Below are positions 29,326 through 38,602 of a DNA stretch of 64,000 bases, in pieces. The stretch is from Bacteroidota bacterium (lineage in GTDB: Bacteria > Bacteroidota > Bacteroidia > 2-12-FULL-35-15), in assembly GCA_947479085.1 (NCBI GenBank), contig CANJYB010000013.1, positions 36,632 to 100,631 of the forward strand, written 5' to 3'. The first letter of the stretch is position 1; each line of letters starts with the position of its first letter. Position numbers and translations under genes: made by a program. The notes under the pieces were generated by a model. It ran no database searches. It was not told the DNA's origin and saw only the letters and a program-made list of their open reading frames with translations.

Positions 29326-29546
29326 TTTTCACTTCATTCAATTATCCATTATTTATTAACATTTTTAATTTAGACCACTTATGATTAAGTGTTTAAAATA
29401 ATTGATATTTATATACTTACAAACATTAATTAAATCTTCTCTTAGTGTTTAAAAAGTATTATTCAGATAAATAAAATGATTCCTTTGCCCAAAATTTCTT
29501 ACTTTTGAGCCATAAATTTTATTAGTATTTACCAAAAACAAAAGAT

Positions 29547-31160
29547 ATGAATCAATTTGGAATTAAAGCCAAAAATGCAAACATAGCCGATTTAGGGTTA
29601 GGAAATGTAGCTGCCGCGTATTGGAATTTGAATGTGGCCGAACTTGTGGAAGAAACTATAGTAAATGGTGAAGGAATGCTTACTGATACAGGAGCTCTGG
29701 CTGTTGATACTGGTGAGTTTACCGGACGTTCTCCTAAAGATAAATTTATTGTTCTGGATGAAAAAACGAAAGATTCCATCTGGTGGAGTGATGTTAATTT
29801 TAAATTTGAAGCATACCGTTTCGATGCGCTTTATAACCGTGTTACCGCTTATTTATCGGGCAAAGAGGTATATGTGCGCGATTCGTATGCATGTGCCGAC
29901 CCGAAATACAGACTGAACATAAGAGTGGTAACAGAATACCCATGGTCTAATTTATTTGCAAACAACCTTTTTCTTCGCCCAACTACTGAAGAAATAATGG
30001 AATTTGCTCCTGAATGGACCATTATCTGTGCTCCTGGTTTTAAAGCCGACCCTGAAATAGATGGTACCCGCCAGCATAACTTTACCATTTTAAATATGAC
30101 CAGGAAGGTTATTTTAATTGGAGGTTCAGCTTATACAGGCGAAATTAAAAAAGGAATTTTCTCTTTATTAAATTATATTTTACCTCACGAAAAAGGAGTG
30201 TTATCAATGCACTGCTCTGCTAACATAGGTAAAGATGGCGATACTGCCATTTTCTTTGGTTTGTCAGGTACCGGTAAAACTACTCTTTCTGCTGATGAAA
30301 ACAGAGGTCTGATAGGAGACGATGAGCATGGATGGAGCGATAAAGGAGTCTTTAATTTTGAAGGCGGCTGTTATGCAAAATGCGTGGATTTATCAAAAGA
30401 AAAAGAACCTGAAATTTACGCTGCTGTAAAATTCGGTGCATTGCTTGAAAATGTTGAATATTACGAAAACACCTGTACTGTCGACTTTAAGAACATTTCT
30501 AAGACAGAAAATACCCGCGTAAGTTATCCTATTCATTTTATTAAAAATGCTGTGGAGCCTTCTGTTGGGAATATTCCAAAAAACATTTTTTTCCTTACCT
30601 GCGATGCGTATGGAGTTCTTCCTCCGATTTCCAAATTAACTACCGGGCAAGCCATGTACCACTTTATTTCTGGATATACCGCCAAGGTAGCAGGAACAGA
30701 AATGGGAATTACTGAGCCAACACTTACCTTTTCAGCTTGTTTTGGAAAAGTGTTTTTACCATTGCATCCTACAAAATATGCAGAATTGCTTGGTAAAAAA
30801 CTGAAAGAAAATAAAGTTAACGTTTGGTTGGTAAATACCGGCTGGAGCGGTGGAGCTTTTGGAGTAGGAAGCCGTATGAAGTTATCATACACCCGTTCTA
30901 TGATTACTGCTACTTTAACTGGTAAACTGGAAAAAGTAAAATATGATAGCTTACCTGTGTTTGGCTTGCAAATGCCAACAGAATGCCCGGAGGTACCTGC
31001 TGACATACTTAATCCTCGCAACACCTGGAAAGACAAAGATGCTTACGATGCAACGGCTAACAAACTGGCAGCTTCATTTGTAAAAAACTTTGAGCAATAC
31101 GCAAGTGCTGCCAACGAAGAAATAATGGCTGCTGCCCCAAAAGCAGTTGTAAATGCATAA
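29547..31160 (+). CDS. pckA: phosphoenolpyruvate carboxykinase (ATP)
   Basis: TGRSPKDKF, kinase-1a GLSGTGKTTLS, IGDDEHGW, FNFEGGCYAK. Confidence 0.95.
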   Translation: MNQFGIKAKNANIADLGLGNVAAAYWNLNVAELVEETIVNGEGMLTDTGALAVDTGEFTGRSPKDKFIVLDEKTKDSIWWSDVNFKFEAYRFDALYNRVTAYLSGKEVYVRDSYACADPKYRLNIRVVTEYPWSNLFANNLFLRPTTEEIMEFAPEWTIICAPGFKADPEIDGTRQHNFTILNMTRKVILIGGSAYTGEIKKGIFSLLNYILPHEKGVLSMHCSANIGKDGDTAIFFGLSGTGKTTLSADENRGLIGDDEHGWSDKGVFNFEGGCYAKCVDLSKEKEPEIYAAVKFGALLENVEYYENTCTVDFKNISKTENTRVSYPIHFIKNAVEPSVGNIPKNIFFLTCDAYGVLPPISKLTTGQAMYHFISGYTAKVAGTEMGITEPTLTFSACFGKVFLPLHPTKYAELLGKKLKENKVNVWLVNTGWSGGAFGVGSRMKLSYTRSMITATLTGKLEKVKYDSLPVFGLQMPTECPEVPADILNPRNTWKDKDAYDATANKLAASFVKNFEQYASAANEEIMAAAPKAVVNA

Positions 31161-31171
31161 AAATAATCGCT

Positions 31172-31202
31172 TCATCCCCTCTTAATACATGAGAGGGGAT
31201 GA
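31172..31202 (+). terminator. GC-rich hairpin after pckA, a member of the CCCCTCT/AGAGGGG family (no U-run)
   Basis: TCATCCCCTCT-TAATACATG-AGAGGGGATGA, an 11-bp perfect stem starting 12 nt after the stop. Confidence 0.45.
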
Positions 31203-31250
31203 TGGCTGATTCTTCCTTAGGCTAAAGTTCTTACCTTAATACTAACTATT

Positions 31251-32009
31251 GTGCACATTTTTTACACCCCCGACATTACTCCTGAAAAGTATACATTAAG
31301 CGAAGAAGAAAGTAAACATTGTGTTCGTATACTGCGCCTTGGTGAGGGCAAAAAAATTCAACTTATTGATGGAAATGGTGGTTTTTATGAGGCTGAAATA
31401 ACGGACGCTAATCCCAAACATTGTACAGTTGCCATCATTGATTCAAAAAAGGAATTGGGGAAACGTAACTGGAAATTGCACATTGCCATAGCACCTACCA
31501 AAAATATGGACAGGTTAGAAGGATTTGTGGAAAAAGCCACAGAAATGGGCATTGACGAAATTTCTTTACTCAACTGCAATAATAGCGAACGAACAGTAGT
31601 TAAAACAGACCGTCTTACCAAAGTAGCCATATCAGCCATAAAACAAAGCATAAAAACTTACCTCCCCAAAATAAATGAAATAGAAGATTTTAAAAAATTT
31701 ATTGAAAAAAATAAAAATTTTGAAGGTTCAAAACTAATAGCCCATTGTTACGACCCTATTATCTCTGCAACTGAAGGAATGATGGATGATGACAGAAAGC
31801 AGAAAACGCAGCTTGGTGGCTACCTTTTGCCGGAAGCTAATACCAGCGTATTGCTATTAATTGGACCAGAAGGTGATTTTTCCCTGGAAGAGGTGAAATT
31901 AGCTCTTGCCAATGGTTTTCAAGAAGTTGGTTTAGGAAATAGTCGTTTGCGGACAGAAACTGCAGGTATATATGCTGCTGCCGTAATTAATGACTGGAAC
32001 CAGTTTTAA
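31251..32009 (+). CDS. rsmE: 16S rRNA (uracil1498-N3)-methyltransferase
   Basis: MHIFY...HCVRILRL N-terminus (PUA-like) and C-terminal LLIGPEGDFS...LGNSRLRTETA. The start codon is GTG. Confidence 0.8.
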   Translation: MHIFYTPDITPEKYTLSEEESKHCVRILRLGEGKKIQLIDGNGGFYEAEITDANPKHCTVAIIDSKKELGKRNWKLHIAIAPTKNMDRLEGFVEKATEMGIDEISLLNCNNSERTVVKTDRLTKVAISAIKQSIKTYLPKINEIEDFKKFIEKNKNFEGSKLIAHCYDPIISATEGMMDDDRKQKTQLGGYLLPEANTSVLLLIGPEGDFSLEEVKLALANGFQEVGLGNSRLRTETAGIYAAAVINDWNQF

Positions 32010-32040
32010 TTGAATTCCCTTTTTTCCTTCATTCCTTAAA

Positions 32041-32187
32041 TCCTTTAGGGTGTTCCTGAAGTCCTTTAGGGTATTCCCGAAATTCTTTAGGGTATTCCCT
32101 AAATCCTTTAGGGTGTTCCCGAAATTCTTTAAGGTGTTCCTGAAATTCTTTAGGGTGTTCCCGAAATTCTTTAGGGTGTTCCCGAAC
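32041..32187. repeat. tandem array: 7 x 21 bp (T(C/T)CTTTAGGGTGTTCCCGAAA)
   Basis: Units start at 32041, 32062, 32083, 32104, 32125, 32146 and 32167. The unit 3/4 junction forms a perfect CCCTAAA-TCC-TTTAGGG hairpin. Confidence 0.9.
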
Positions 32188-32359
32188 TTTTCTCCTACAT
32201 TAAGGAAATTGTTTCAGGGCATTCCCATTTCTTGTGTTTCATTAGACAGGAGATATTGTTTAACAATAAGTACCTGAATCTTTAAGCTTATAAACCAATA
32301 TAAACAAAAAGACCATTGATTAATATCAATGGTCTTTCCGAGAAATAAATTAAAAATAA

Positions 32360-33886
32360 TTATTTTACCAATAACATTCGTTTTGTTTCAGTAAAAATAA
32401 CTTTGTTGTTTTGTTTTGCTTCCATTTTGTAAAAATAACTTCCTGAGTTAAATGCGGAAATATCAGCTAATTCTACAGTATGATTTCCTGCTGTAACTTC
32501 GCTTGAAGAGTAAATGGTTTTTATTTTTCTGCCGGTAACATCATATAAATCTATGTTTACAGAGGCTGTTTGACTAATACTGAAATCTATTTGAGTTTTT
32601 CCGTTGGTAGGGTTCGGGTAATTTTGTCCCATGGTGTTTTCTATGGCATCGTTGGTAGCAATACCAACTCCGGATGTATGACATATTTTGAAAATTGTTC
32701 CCGCAACGGTGTATCCGCCTTTCATGGCGTAAATGCAACCATCAGCTCCTTGTTTCATTGAGGTCAATCCTCCAGTGGTTACATCAGCAAAAGTTACGTT
32801 AGATGTTACTACATCATAAGCAGGAGCATTTCCCATAGTTAAATTATAAATTTTGCCATTGTCATTATCTCCAACAAGTATGTGGTTATCAAATTCAGAC
32901 ATTATCGAACCTGAATAATAAAGACATCCTGTAACTGCCGGAGGATTACTCCAGGTTGCAATAGGACGAATATCTCCTGTTAAGTTGCAAGCTGTGGTGG
33001 TGGAGCCATTCATAAAATTCCCTTCGCAAGTGGCCCATCCGTAATTTCCTCCTTTATGAATAACATTGAATTCATCCCAGGTATTTAACCCATTTTCACT
33101 TGAATACATTGTATCTGTAACAGGACTGAAACACATACCAAACATGTTCCTGTTTCCGTAAGTCCATATTCTGTCATCATTTCCAACAGCAGGATTACCA
33201 TCATCATAATAAGGATTATCTGTTGGAATAGTTCCGTTTTTATTAATTCTTAATATTTTACCAAAAGGATAATTTAACTTATTTGCCATATTGGTAGCAG
33301 GTACTGTTTGGTTATAAGCAAGGTCACCTATCTGAACATATATTTTATCAGGCTGGCTCGGGCGGAAACGAATAATACCTCCAAAGTGATTACCTGCAAT
33401 GGCAATTGCCTGTCCGTTTACATTCGTTAATCCATTAACACTAATATCCATTATTATAGTAGGATTGGTACCTACGTTAGCATTTTCGGTAAATCTTAAA
33501 ATTCTGCAGGAATTAGCGGTTAACCACTTATGTACATAATAAACATAAACATAATGGTTGTTTGCAAAGTCAGGATCTATGGCAATACCAAGTAACCCTC
33601 TTTCAAAATCGCAATTAACTGAATCGGTTAGATCGTAAAAAGTAGAAAGTAAAACACCTGCTGAGCTATATACCAATATTTTTCCGTTGGCACATGAGCC
33701 TGCCGCGTTACCTCCTTTTTGATTAATAAAGTATCGCCCGTCAGCAGTCCAATCCCAATCGGTTGGATACTGTAAACCGGTAACAATATTAGTTTGAGTA
33801 TACATTGCCGGCAATGCCTGTGCATGTAATTTTAAAGAAGCAGTGATGGTAAACAAAACTGCAAAAGCAAGTAGTATTTTTTTCAT
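32360..33886 (-). CDS. PQQ-dependent sugar (glucose/sorbosone) dehydrogenase-like beta-propeller with T9SS C-terminal domain
   Basis: Signal peptide and ERGLLGIAIDPDFANNHYVYVYY. C-terminus QNYPNPTNGKTQIDF...SYFYKMEAKQNNKV...LLVK looks like a T9SS CTD. Confidence 0.65.
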   Translation of the reverse strand: MKKILLAFAVLFTITASLKLHAQALPAMYTQTNIVTGLQYPTDWDWTADGRYFINQKGGNAAGSCANGKILVYSSAGVLLSTFYDLTDSVNCDFERGLLGIAIDPDFANNHYVYVYYVHKWLTANSCRILRFTENANVGTNPTIIMDISVNGLTNVNGQAIAIAGNHFGGIIRFRPSQPDKIYVQIGDLAYNQTVPATNMANKLNYPFGKILRINKNGTIPTDNPYYDDGNPAVGNDDRIWTYGNRNMFGMCFSPVTDTMYSSENGLNTWDEFNVIHKGGNYGWATCEGNFMNGSTTTACNLTGDIRPIATWSNPPAVTGCLYYSGSIMSEFDNHILVGDNDNGKIYNLTMGNAPAYDVVTSNVTFADVTTGGLTSMKQGADGCIYAMKGGYTVAGTIFKICHTSGVGIATNDAIENTMGQNYPNPTNGKTQIDFSISQTASVNIDLYDVTGRKIKTIYSSSEVTAGNHTVELADISAFNSGSYFYKMEAKQNNKVIFTETKRMLLVK

Positions 33887-34022
33887 ATTTTAAATTTATT
33901 TTTAATTAGCGAACAAAAGTAGTAAAAAAGAAACATGAATTTGATTTTGTAATACTTAGCTTCTGGATTAGAAATTTTTCTGTTTAATTCTTTCTCTTTA
34001 GTTTTTTACTTTGTAGTTTTTT

Positions 34023-34030
34023 TACCTTTG
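34023..34030 (+). promoter_or_regulatory. -7 box (TACCTTTG) for folK
   Basis: Matches TAnnTTTG and ends 5 nt before the ATG at 34036. Confidence 0.45.
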
Positions 34031-34035
34031 GCCCC

Positions 34036-34539
34036 ATGAATAGCGCATATCTTTTAATAGGGGGAAACAAAGGAAATAAAACAGAGAACCTCCTGTTAAC
34101 TTTAAAATCTATTGAAGATAGGGTAGGGGAGGTAATTAAAAAATCTGGGGTGTATCTAACCAAAGCATGGGGAAACACCAATCAACCCGATTTTTTTAAT
34201 CAGGCCATTTGTATCCAGACCAATTTTACTCCAAATGATTTGCTTAAAGAACTTTTATTAATCGAAGAAAAATTAGGAAGAGTGCGCACTGATGAAAAAT
34301 GGATGGAACGAACCATGGACATTGATATTTTGTTTTTTAACAAGGAAGTGATAAATGAACCCTATTTAAAAATACCCCATCCATTCATCCAATTCAGAAG
34401 GTTTGTGTTGGTTCCGATGGAAGAAATAGCAGGTGGTTTTGTACATCCTGTTTTAAATAGAACTATCAAAACATTGTTGAATGAATGCGAGGATGTTTTA
34501 CAGGTATCATTAGTTACCAATGAGCAAATGAACAAATGA
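34036..34539 (+). CDS. folK: 2-amino-4-hydroxy-6-hydroxymethyldihydropteridine diphosphokinase
   Basis: AYLLIGGN, W.ERTMDIDILFF, LKIPHP, RRFVLVPM. Confidence 0.85.
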   Translation: MNSAYLLIGGNKGNKTENLLLTLKSIEDRVGEVIKKSGVYLTKAWGNTNQPDFFNQAICIQTNFTPNDLLKELLLIEEKLGRVRTDEKWMERTMDIDILFFNKEVINEPYLKIPHPFIQFRRFVLVPMEEIAGGFVHPVLNRTIKTLLNECEDVLQVSLVTNEQMNK

Positions 34540-35171
34540 CTAATTATAACTTTATAGCCATAGAAGGAAACATAGGAGCCGGAAAAACAACCCTGGCTGC
34601 TTCCATTTCCAATGATTTTAATGCGAGGTTAATTCTGGAGGAATTTGCTGACAATTCATTTCTACCTAAATTTTACCAGGAACCGGAAAAGTATGCCTTC
34701 CCCTTAGAGTTATCTTTTCTGGCAGAACGTTATCAGCAGTTAAAAACAGAGCTGGTCCGTCAGGATATTTTTAAACCCCGGGTGATTTCAGATTATTATT
34801 TTTTAAAATGTTTGATTTTTGCCAAAGCCAACCTTGATGAAGATGAATTTTCACTTTATTCCAAGTTGTTCCATATTATTAACGATTCTCTCCCAAAACC
34901 CGATTTGTTCGTTTATTTGTACCATTCCATCGAACGACTCCAGGAAAACATCAAAAAGCGAGGGCGAACGTTTGAACAAAATATTACCGATGACTACCTG
35001 ATAAAAATACAAACCGGCTATTTCGATTTCATAAAGCAGGTAGATGATTTAAGGGTGTTAATTATTGATGTCAATAATATTGATTTTGCAAATAATCCAA
35101 AGCATTATAAACAAATAGTGGATATTATCAATCGACCTTATGATAAAGGAATAACGAGAATTACTGCTTAG
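34536..35171 (+). CDS. deoxynucleoside kinase
   Basis: P-loop IAIEGNIGAGKTTLA and the ...ERL..NI.KRGR motif. The start overlaps the folK stop (ATGA). Confidence 0.8.
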   Translation: MTNYNFIAIEGNIGAGKTTLAASISNDFNARLILEEFADNSFLPKFYQEPEKYAFPLELSFLAERYQQLKTELVRQDIFKPRVISDYYFLKCLIFAKANLDEDEFSLYSKLFHIINDSLPKPDLFVYLYHSIERLQENIKKRGRTFEQNITDDYLIKIQTGYFDFIKQVDDLRVLIIDVNNIDFANNPKHYKQIVDIINRPYDKGITRITA

Positions 35172-35303
35172 AATTGACACTAAATTAGTATGAATAAGGA
35201 TATAAAATAAAATAAAAGCTTTCTTTGTTTGAAAATTTAATTATTTTTGCACCTTATTCCAAAAAATTAGAAATAGAAAACTAAGAACAAACAAAAAACT
35301 AAA

Positions 35304-37064
35304 ATGAAAAATCAAACTTTTAAATCTTTATCTTTAGCAGTTGCCACAGTAGTTGCATTTTCAGGATGTAACGGCCTTGGCAAATTGGTAAAAAACGCTG
35401 ACAAAATTACTTACAAAGTAACCCCTGACCCTATGCAAATGCATGGCGACAGTGTAGGTGTAAGTATTTCAGGCACCTACCCTGCAAAAATATTCCCTAA
35501 AAAGGCAACAGTTACAGTTACTCCTTACATCAAATATGCTGGTGGAGAAAAAGCACTTAAACCGGTTGTTTTAGTTGGTGAAAAATCAGATGCAAAAGGT
35601 CAGAAAATAAGTAACTCCAAAGGAGGTTCTTTTAATTATACTTCAGATAAAGTAGCTTATATGCCTGAGATGAAGGTAGCTACTTTGGAATTAAGAGCTA
35701 CTGGTGCTGTTAAGTCCAAATCTAAAGATTTGCCGGCTAAAAAAGTAGCTGATGGAACCATCATTACTCCTTTATTGGTTAGAAATGACGAAAAACCATT
35801 AATGGCAAAAGATAATTTCCAGAAAACCATTCCTCGTTCCATCAGTGCAAGTATGTATTTCGTGATTAACCAATCACAGGTTCGTGCTACTGAGTTAAAA
35901 AGCGATGAAATGAAAGCCTTCAAAGATTTTATTACAAAAGGTACTGCTAAAAATTACGCATTCAAACCAATGAATATTTCTGCTTATGCTTCTCCGGATG
36001 GAGAATTAGCGATTAACTCTCACCTTGCTGAAGACCGTGCTAAAGAAACTGTTAAGTCTTTGATGGATTGGGCGGATGATAAATTGAATCCTAAAGATAA
36101 AAAAGACAAAACTGTAAACTTTGCACCAGGAACAGCAAAAGAATATTACAACACTGTTACTACTGCTGAAGATTGGGATGGTTTCAAAAAAGCAATGGAA
36201 GCTTCTTCTTTAAAAGACAAAGATTTAATTTTACGTGTGTTAAGCATGTATCCTGATGGACCTACCCGTCAGAAAGAAATTAAAAACCTTGCAAAAACAT
36301 GGGTAGAAGTAGCTGATAAAATTTTACCAAGATTACGTAGAAGTGTTCTAACTTTAAATGCTGACGAAAACAGCCGTACCGATGCTCAGATCACTGCAGC
36401 ACTTACCGCTTCTCCTGATAGCTTATCTGTTGAGGAAATGCTTTATGGTGCTACTTTAACTAACGATTTGAATACTAAATTATCTATCTATAAAACAGCT
36501 GAAGCTAAATACGGTCAGGATTGGAGATGTGCTAACAATGTTGGTTACATTTATATTATGCAAAATAAATTAAATGATGCAGAAGCAGAATTTAAAAAAG
36601 CAGATGGTCTTTCAGCTAATAACCCTATTGTAAAAAACAACTTAGGTATTTGTGCTCGTTGGAAAGGAGATAGAAAAGCTGCAATGGATTTATATAAATC
36701 TGCAACTGCTGCCGGAACAGAACCTACTTACAACATGGGAATCATCGAAATTCAAAATGGTAACTATGCAGCAGCTGTTTCTGATTTTGGAACTAACCAA
36801 ACATTCAATATGGCTTTAGCTACTTTGTTAAATGGAAACAACGAAGGTGCTATGGCAACCATTGATAATTCGCCAACCAAAGAGGATGCAATTTCTTTTT
36901 ATTTAAAAGCAGTTGCTTCTGCCCGTCAGGGGAAAGCAGAAGGAGTAGTTAACAATTTAAGAACTGCTATTCAAAAAGATGGTAGCCTTAAAGCAATGGC
37001 TAAAGATGACGCAGAATTTATTAAATTCCGTGACAATGCAGACTTTAAAGGTATGACTAACTAA
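35304..37064 (+). CDS. lipoprotein with C-terminal TPR-like repeats
   Basis: Lipobox VVAFSGC. The C-terminal third has TPR-like A/Y/N periodicity (NNVGYIYIMQNKLNDAEAEFKKA...NNLGICARWKGDRKAAMDLYKSA). Confidence 0.5.
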   Translation: MKNQTFKSLSLAVATVVAFSGCNGLGKLVKNADKITYKVTPDPMQMHGDSVGVSISGTYPAKIFPKKATVTVTPYIKYAGGEKALKPVVLVGEKSDAKGQKISNSKGGSFNYTSDKVAYMPEMKVATLELRATGAVKSKSKDLPAKKVADGTIITPLLVRNDEKPLMAKDNFQKTIPRSISASMYFVINQSQVRATELKSDEMKAFKDFITKGTAKNYAFKPMNISAYASPDGELAINSHLAEDRAKETVKSLMDWADDKLNPKDKKDKTVNFAPGTAKEYYNTVTTAEDWDGFKKAMEASSLKDKDLILRVLSMYPDGPTRQKEIKNLAKTWVEVADKILPRLRRSVLTLNADENSRTDAQITAALTASPDSLSVEEMLYGATLTNDLNTKLSIYKTAEAKYGQDWRCANNVGYIYIMQNKLNDAEAEFKKADGLSANNPIVKNNLGICARWKGDRKAAMDLYKSATAAGTEPTYNMGIIEIQNGNYAAAVSDFGTNQTFNMALATLLNGNNEGAMATIDNSPTKEDAISFYLKAVASARQGKAEGVVNNLRTAIQKDGSLKAMAKDDAEFIKFRDNADFKGMTN

Positions 37065-37087
37065 AATTAATATAGAGTTAACACAAG

Positions 37088-37121
37088 AAAAAACGTTCCG
37101 CAAATTTGCGGAACGTTTTTT
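37088..37121 (+). terminator. rho-independent terminator
   Basis: AAACGTTCCGC-AAATTT-GCGGAACGTTT followed by a T-run. Confidence 0.8.
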
Positions 37122-37209
37122 GTTTATAGCTATGTGAATATGTTATTTGTTTAATTCGTTTTATATTCTAAAAAATCAATAAATTTGCTTATTACTAAAA
37201 AATAAAACC

Positions 37210-37920
37210 ATGAAAAAAAGAAACAACTACTACTTCTTAAAAGGATTCCTTTTCTCTCTTTTTGCTTTAACTTTTTCATCTAACTCATTTGCCCAGGAAG
37301 GTAAACAACCACCTCCAATAGATAGCGCTCAGGCTGCTACATATTATGTAGAAATGAAAGGAACCATCAATCGTTTTGTTCCCGAAGCCGAACAGGGGGA
37401 AAAACTTCCACCTTTGGGTGGCGCATCCGTTCAAGTGTTTTATGGAACTACAGAATATACCACTGCACTTACTACTGAAAAAGGAAAGTGCTCTTTCAAA
37501 CTTCCACTTAATAGAACTTTTAAAGTACTGGTTTCTAAATATGGTTATGTGCCGAAATTTTTCGAAGTAAATACCAAGGTACCTCCTCAAAATCTAGGAA
37601 CCTATACTTTTAATTTTGATGTTGATCTTTTCGAAGAAATTAAAAAACTCGATGTATCCGTGCTAAAAAAACCTATTGCTAAGGTAACTTTCGATGTTAT
37701 CTATACCCGCTTTCAGTACGATGAAAGTTATACAGGGCGTATCAATTTTGACATCAAGAAGATGTATAAAAACTATTTCCTGCTTCAAAAACAACAATCC
37801 GATTCAATTGCTAAGTTCAAAAGTGGAGGTGGAAGTGAGCCTGCAAAACCTGCTGACCCAAAGGACCCAAAAAATAAAACAACAGGACCTGCTAAAGGAA
37901 CGCCAACAAAAAAGAAATAG
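37210..37920 (+). CDS. secreted protein with a carboxypeptidase-regulatory-like beta-sandwich segment and K/P-rich tail
   Basis: Signal peptide and GASVQVFYGTTEYTTALTTEKGKCSFKLPLNRTFKVLVSKYGYVP. C-terminus reads EPAKPADPKDPKNKTTGPAKGTPTKKK. A TAAATTTG -7 box lies at 37180..37187. Confidence 0.45.
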   Translation: MKKRNNYYFLKGFLFSLFALTFSSNSFAQEGKQPPPIDSAQAATYYVEMKGTINRFVPEAEQGEKLPPLGGASVQVFYGTTEYTTALTTEKGKCSFKLPLNRTFKVLVSKYGYVPKFFEVNTKVPPQNLGTYTFNFDVDLFEEIKKLDVSVLKKPIAKVTFDVIYTRFQYDESYTGRINFDIKKMYKNYFLLQKQQSDSIAKFKSGGGSEPAKPADPKDPKNKTTGPAKGTPTKKK

Positions 37921-37950
37921 AACTTATTTAATCATGAATAATGAGTTATT

Positions 37951-37982
37951 AAATCCCGTTCTTAAAAGAACGGGATTTTTTA
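37951..37982 (+). terminator. rho-independent terminator
   Basis: AAATCCCGTTC-TTAAAA-GAACGGGATTT followed by a T-run. Confidence 0.8.
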
Positions 37983-38019
37983 TTAGGTATAACCCATAAT
38001 TCATAACTCTTTAAATAAT

Positions 38020-38544
38020 TCATAATTTCAAAAACAAATCCCAAATCACAATACCCGCACTTACAGAAATATTTAACGAATGTTTTGTCCCCTGTTGAGG
38101 TATTTCTATCACACCATCACATATATCCACCACTTCCTGTCCCACGCCTTTTACTTCATTTCCAAATACCACCGCCATTTTTCTTTCTTTTTGAGGAATA
38201 AAATTATTCAGCATCACAGCCTTTTCTGCTTGTTCAATAGCATATACCAGGAAGTTATTTTGTTTCAATTCTTCTGCAGCCTCCAGAGTAGTTTTAAAAT
38301 ACTTCCATTTAACGCTCTCTGTTGCACCTAATGCTGTTTTCTGAATCTCCGTATTAGGCGGACAACCGGTTATTCCACATAAATAAACCGCCTCTACCAA
38401 AAATGCATCCGCTGTGCGAAACACCGACCCTACATTATTCAGGCTTCTTACATTATCCAATACTATTATTAAAGGAGTTTTATCCGATTGTTTAAATTCA
38501 TCCACCGACTTCCTGTCCAGTTCTTCGTTAAGTAGTTTTCGCAT
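38020..38544 (-). CDS. TrmH/SpoU-family RNA 2'-O-methyltransferase
   Basis: IIVLDNVRSLNNVGSVFRTADAF, VVFGNEVKGV and SLNISVSAGIVIW, which correspond to SpoU motifs 1-3. Confidence 0.8.
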   Translation of the reverse strand: MRKLLNEELDRKSVDEFKQSDKTPLIIVLDNVRSLNNVGSVFRTADAFLVEAVYLCGITGCPPNTEIQKTALGATESVKWKYFKTTLEAAEELKQNNFLVYAIEQAEKAVMLNNFIPQKERKMAVVFGNEVKGVGQEVVDICDGVIEIPQQGTKHSLNISVSAGIVIWDLFLKL

Positions 38545-38602
38545 CTATTTTATATTTTATACCTCCGAATGCGCTCCAGACGCATTTGGAGGTATATCTT
38601 TT

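Noticed and set aside
32050-32277. 75-aa ORF (FRVFPKFFRVFPKS...)
   Set aside because: It is an artefact of the 21-bp tandem array being divisible by three.
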